Assembly (NCBI GenBank): GCA_020630575.1
Contig: JAHDBD010000016.1
Span: forward strand, 43,155 to 107,154
DNA length: 64,000 bases
Direction: 5' to 3'
Source: Bernardetia sp.
GTDB taxonomy: Bacteria; Bacteroidota; Bacteroidia; Cytophagales; Bernardetiaceae
Part shown: positions 60,460 to 64,000 of the stretch, one piece after another
How positions within the stretch are numbered: the first letter of the stretch is position 1
Layout: each line of letters begins with the position of its first letter
Notes under the pieces: generated by a model
Database searches by the model: none
Told to the model about the DNA's origin: nothing
The model's input: only the letters and a program-made list of their open reading frames with translations
Translations under genes and position numbers: made by a program

Positions 60460-61332
60460 ATGAAAACACTCTCTTTGATTGATATACAGCTTGTTGCACA
60501 CGAGCATTTCAAAAAACGTGGTTTTACAACTACTTTAGATGTAAAAAATGAACTTCGAAAAAAAGGTTTTCATGCCATTCAGTCGGAAGTTTCGCTTTGG
60601 ATGGACGAACTTGCCACAGAAGAAGAATGGGATTATGAGTGTAACGGAACATTCAGAATGTATTCTTTGGGTGAAGATGAGCAGTATTCGGCAACACTTT
60701 ATATGGTAAAAGGAAATACTTTTTGGGAAGGCGAACTACATGGAAAAACAATTTGGGTAACTCATGGTGCAATCGGAAGCACGATGCAGAGCCGAACTGT
60801 TCACGAACATACTTTTCCCAAAAGTCGTATTGCGTGGGCAAACTGGAAACAAATTATTACTAGAAATTATCAACATGGTTTCAAAGCTATCGAAAATCCA
60901 TTTATTGCTCGTCTGCGTTTGCGTTCGTTGTATCAAAATTATAGAATGCAAACTCCTGTTTCTTGTCTTGTTTCATATAGAAATACCAAAAAATATATGG
61001 CAAAAGGCAATCAGTGGATAGAAATGCAGGGAAGTTATGTTTTGGGTTGGGAACTTCCAAAACAAGAAAAAGAACTCAAAAGAATGCTTCGTAAAAAAGA
61101 ATGGAATAGCGTACAAGTCAATTTTCAGACTGTTCATGTGCATCACGAAGAAACTTCTCACAAAGAACCTTTATTAGTAGAAGACCTTTCACAGCCAATT
61201 ATGGAAATTGATAATTCGAATATTTATGAGATAGAATTATCGTATCCAAATGGCGAAACTCTGTATTTGAGTGCTTATGATTGGCAATGGGAAACCGAAC
61301 TTTTGCCTTTGGTGCGTTGGCTGACTTTGTAG
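60460..61332 (+). CDS. hypothetical protein downstream of the PARP gene
   Basis: It is 291 aa from the ATG 'MKTLSLIDIQ'. The track ORF starts at a TTG at 60430. No motif is recognised. It is followed immediately by a family B repeat. Confidence 0.45.
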   Translation: MKTLSLIDIQLVAHEHFKKRGFTTTLDVKNELRKKGFHAIQSEVSLWMDELATEEEWDYECNGTFRMYSLGEDEQYSATLYMVKGNTFWEGELHGKTIWVTHGAIGSTMQSRTVHEHTFPKSRIAWANWKQIITRNYQHGFKAIENPFIARLRLRSLYQNYRMQTPVSCLVSYRNTKKYMAKGNQWIEMQGSYVLGWELPKQEKELKRMLRKKEWNSVQVNFQTVHVHHEETSHKEPLLVEDLSQPIMEIDNSNIYEIELSYPNGETLYLSAYDWQWETELLPLVRWLTL

Positions 61333-61335
61333 TAT

Positions 61336-61360
61336 GTTGTTGTTGGTGAGGGTAACAACC
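61336..61360. repeat. family B repeat copy (GTTGTTGTTGGTGagGGTAACAACC)
   Basis: A palindromic GTTGTTGGTG-type core lies 4 nt after the stop of the preceding ORF. Confidence 0.5.
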
Positions 61361-61437
61361 ATGAAAAAGGCTGGTATAACCTATTCACCCAAAAAATCGT
61401 CTATTTAAAAATCGTATTCATCATAAAACAAAATAAT

Positions 61438-61665
61438 ATGAACATATTTAAAGATGAGGAGCAAGCTGAAATTTTGTCTGTTAAAATAAATAAAATAGGC
61501 TTTGCAGTAAATTATGAAATAAAAGACAACCACATTACTGCAATTTTAAAAAAAACTGAACGATACAAAGGAGGCTTTGATTTGGAAAAATGGAAAGTAA
61601 CTCTAGCAAATCATATACAACCTAATCTTGTAGAAAATAAAACTGTGAGCATTGAATATGCTTAG
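61438..61665 (+). CDS. small hypothetical protein (75 aa)
   Basis: A short ORF with its own strong downstream terminator. No motifs are recognised. Confidence 0.4.
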   Translation: MNIFKDEEQAEILSVKINKIGFAVNYEIKDNHITAILKKTERYKGGFDLEKWKVTLANHIQPNLVENKTVSIEYA

Positions 61666-61678
61666 AATTTTATCAAAT

Positions 61679-61716
61679 AAAACCGTTTTTAGAAAAAATC
61701 TAAAAACGGTTTTTGT
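61679..61716. terminator. bidirectional intrinsic terminator
   Basis: AAACCGTTTTTAG-aaaaaat-CTAAAAACGGTTT is a 13-bp perfect stem followed by T5. Confidence 0.65.
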
Positions 61717-61724
61717 ATTTATTT

Positions 61725-62216
61725 CTAGTTATTACTTTGCTTCATTTTCTTCATTGCCTTTTTATATCTCTTATAGGCTTTCCAACGCTCTCTACCTCTT
61801 GAAATCATATAAATACCAACTCCAAAAGTAATTAGTCCTGCTAACATTACACCAGCTGTTGCATAAATATCTTTAAAGTAAAATCCTGAACCAATAGAAA
61901 AACCGAGTAAAAAGGTAAGTAATAGAGTTACACCAAATAAAATTCCTAAAAGATTTAGAAAACTTCCCCAAATTATCATTCCTAGCCCATTTTTTTTAGG
62001 TTTTTCAGGGAGAACTTCTACTTTCGTTTCAACAGAATCTCTTAAAGAAATATTCTTATTGTCAATTTTACGTTTTATCTTATCTTCTGATAAAGATGAT
62101 TTTTTCATTTCTGAATAATAATCCGTTTTTAGAGCAGGGCGAGAAGCCACTAGAACCATAAAAAAACCTGTAAAAAAGAAAAAAAAAGAAAAAATAAATG
62201 ATAAAAATAATTTCAT
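61725..62216 (-). CDS. hypothetical membrane protein
   Basis: A 163-aa ORF with an N-terminal TM helix and a second TM pair near the C-terminus (GMIIWGSFLNLLGILFGVTLLLTFLLGF). It has basic termini. Confidence 0.45.
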   Translation of the reverse strand: MKLFLSFIFSFFFFFTGFFMVLVASRPALKTDYYSEMKKSSLSEDKIKRKIDNKNISLRDSVETKVEVLPEKPKKNGLGMIIWGSFLNLLGILFGVTLLLTFLLGFSIGSGFYFKDIYATAGVMLAGLITFGVGIYMISRGRERWKAYKRYKKAMKKMKQSNN

Positions 62217-62239
62217 AATGAAAAGATGGAAATGTTTAT

Positions 62240-63973
62240 CTATAATTTTTTTAAAGCCAGCTTGGCCTTTTGTGTAATGCTTTCTTCATATTGATGCCCT
62301 TCAAAACTAATTGCTTTTTCAAAATAGATTTTAGCTAGTTTTTTATCTTGATTTTGATAAATAAAACCAAGTTGGAGTGCCGAATTTGCAGCAAAATAAT
62401 GAATTTCATTTTGATTGTGCAAAGTAGAGTATTCAATTACATCTTTATAAAAAGGAATAGCTTGATTTAATTGACTTAGCTTATCTAAAATTCTGCCTTT
62501 TCTATATTTATATTCTAAAATAATTTCAAACTGCTTTTCTTTTTCCCACTTTTGAAGTTCTGAATTAGTGATTTGGTTTAGAGTTTCTAAAGCTTTTTGA
62601 TAATTTCCTCCATCTGTCAAAATTCTTGCTTGATACAATTCTTTATTTGGTAAATGATTTGATTCGTTTACCAATTCTACAAATTTTTTGGCATTTTTAT
62701 CTACTGCTGTTTTTGTACTTCCTTTACTTGAAATAGAAGTAAAATAATTATTTTCTTTTACATTTTCAATGTCATCTGAGTCATTGATTGTATTTTTTTT
62801 TCCCTTTAGCCATTCTATCAAAAATAATTTGTAATAACTGTCTTTAATAAAATTTCGGTTTTGAATTGAATTAAGATTCTTTAAAAAATTAAGATAATGA
62901 AATTTTGCTTTTTTGGGTTTTTCTGAATAAAAATATAATTCTGCCAAAAGATATTCTTGACTAAAATGTTCCTTTTTATCAAAAGTCAATGTATTATTTT
63001 GATAGACTCTAGCGTAATTCTGCCAAGCTAAAAGAGCTGTTTTATGTGATTCATTTTTCATCAAAACTAAACTAGAAACCACCAAAACCAGTCTTTCAGA
63101 AGGATGTTTTTTTACTAAATTTTGAACAATCTGTTTTGAATTATTTCCGTTTTCTATTAAATCTTCTACTAAATAGGTTTGAAGTAAAGCCTGCCAAAGC
63201 AACGTTTCTTTTTGAAAAAAATGAATTTGCGAAGTGCTTTTTTGAAGGTTGTTGATTCCACTTTCCAAGTTTGCTTCCATTCCAATCAAGTCCAATGCCC
63301 ATTTGTACTTTTGAGGAACACTTGCCAAAACAATTTGAAGCAAAGCTAATGACTTTTTTTGCTCAATGAAATTTGGAAATTCTTTTTCATTTTCTAAAAA
63401 TAGTTTATAGGCTTGCCTAACTCGCCACGCAGAAGCCCATTTTTCATCAAAACTAAGTTTTATTATTGCCCAATGTAGTTTTATTTCAGCTTTTGCCCAT
63501 TTATATTCTTTATAATAACTGCTTTTTTTGGTATTAAATTTTTCTAATTCGTCCAGTCTAATTTCTTCATTTTTTTCTAAATTTTCATAGTTTTTTTTGT
63601 CTTCTGTCAGGAGAATAAAAAGCATATCTCTAAAATCTTCAACAACTAAATATAAAGGTGTTTTTGTTTTATCATCTTCTTCCTTTATTTGATAATTAGC
63701 ATAATTAAATTTTAAATCAAAAATTTCATCATAGAGTTTTTGAGTTTCTGTTTTCGAAATAAATTCTTTCTGAACCATCAATGAGGAGTAAAGACCTCGT
63801 TGAGGATTTGAATTTTCAAAACCAAAAATATCCATACAAAAAAAAGGAGTAATTGAGAAAATCAATATTACTCCTATTCTATACATTAATTTTAAGTTGA
63901 TTTTATTTATCATTAATTCTAACTTCTGAAATCTAACTTCTACCTTTGTTCTATTCCTGTACTTTTTTAGCAA
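62240..63973 (-). CDS. TPR-repeat protein (secreted or membrane-anchored), hypothetical
   Basis: It is 577 aa with an N-terminal hydrophobic segment. Repeated Y/F/L-x-x-A helical-pair (TPR-like) units run throughout, e.g. 'YKDVIEYSTLHNQNEIHYFAANSALQLGFIY'. The start is ambiguous (several in-frame Met). Confidence 0.5.
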   Translation of the reverse strand: MLKKYRNRTKVEVRFQKLELMINKINLKLMYRIGVILIFSITPFFCMDIFGFENSNPQRGLYSSLMVQKEFISKTETQKLYDEIFDLKFNYANYQIKEEDDKTKTPLYLVVEDFRDMLFILLTEDKKNYENLEKNEEIRLDELEKFNTKKSSYYKEYKWAKAEIKLHWAIIKLSFDEKWASAWRVRQAYKLFLENEKEFPNFIEQKKSLALLQIVLASVPQKYKWALDLIGMEANLESGINNLQKSTSQIHFFQKETLLWQALLQTYLVEDLIENGNNSKQIVQNLVKKHPSERLVLVVSSLVLMKNESHKTALLAWQNYARVYQNNTLTFDKKEHFSQEYLLAELYFYSEKPKKAKFHYLNFLKNLNSIQNRNFIKDSYYKLFLIEWLKGKKNTINDSDDIENVKENNYFTSISSKGSTKTAVDKNAKKFVELVNESNHLPNKELYQARILTDGGNYQKALETLNQITNSELQKWEKEKQFEIILEYKYRKGRILDKLSQLNQAIPFYKDVIEYSTLHNQNEIHYFAANSALQLGFIYQNQDKKLAKIYFEKAISFEGHQYEESITQKAKLALKKL

Positions 63974-64000
63974 TTGTAGTTACCAAATCTCTAGGCAAAA

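Overview
This is an AT-rich segment that looks like a Bacteroidota chromosome (Cytophagia / Flexibacter-Microscilla-like by gene content; not verified). It holds about 50 protein genes on both strands. I found no rRNA, tRNA or CRISPR array. The backbone is housekeeping: pyrF, a tail-specific S41 protease, hslU, floA, an H+-pyrophosphatase, eno, a YihY-family protein, ftsH, rsfS, birA, scpB, rluB and msrA. A partial PorV-like T9SS gene sits at the left edge. Most convergent gene pairs are separated by clean intrinsic terminator hairpins.

Three things stand out.

1. A co-directional minus-strand cluster at 5434-12648. It encodes a Pol-beta nucleotidyltransferase, then a 1611-aa protein with three tandem TIR domains (each keeping the putative catalytic Glu), one TM helix, a coiled coil and a large WD40 array, then a WYL-domain HTH regulator. 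This looks like a candidate undescribed TIR-based defence or signalling module.

2. A clear bacterial homolog of the eukaryotic major vault protein (30764-33232) with an unknown co-directional neighbour. About 25 kb away is a eukaryote-like WGR + PARP catalytic-domain protein (58848-60314) with an intact H-Y-E triad. That makes two of the three vault-particle protein types.

3. Three families of short dispersed intergenic repeats / hairpin elements (A: ATTACGAATTACG...TCAGCGTAGCTAATTACG; B: palindromic GTTGTTGGTG...CACCAACAAC; C: a GGTATCACAGAC...GTCTGTG + CAGACTAGGAAGTCTG double hairpin). They recur at gene boundaries, including the boundaries of the TIR cluster and of the PARP gene.

Other accessory content: two adjacent secreted cysteine peptidases (transglutaminase-like and papain-like), a 1276-aa propeller / GAF / PP2C sensor phosphatase, an hslU with no adjacent hslV, and several lipoproteins of unknown function.

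The ORF track uses GTG/TTG starts in places. Several starts were re-assigned to internal ATG codons.
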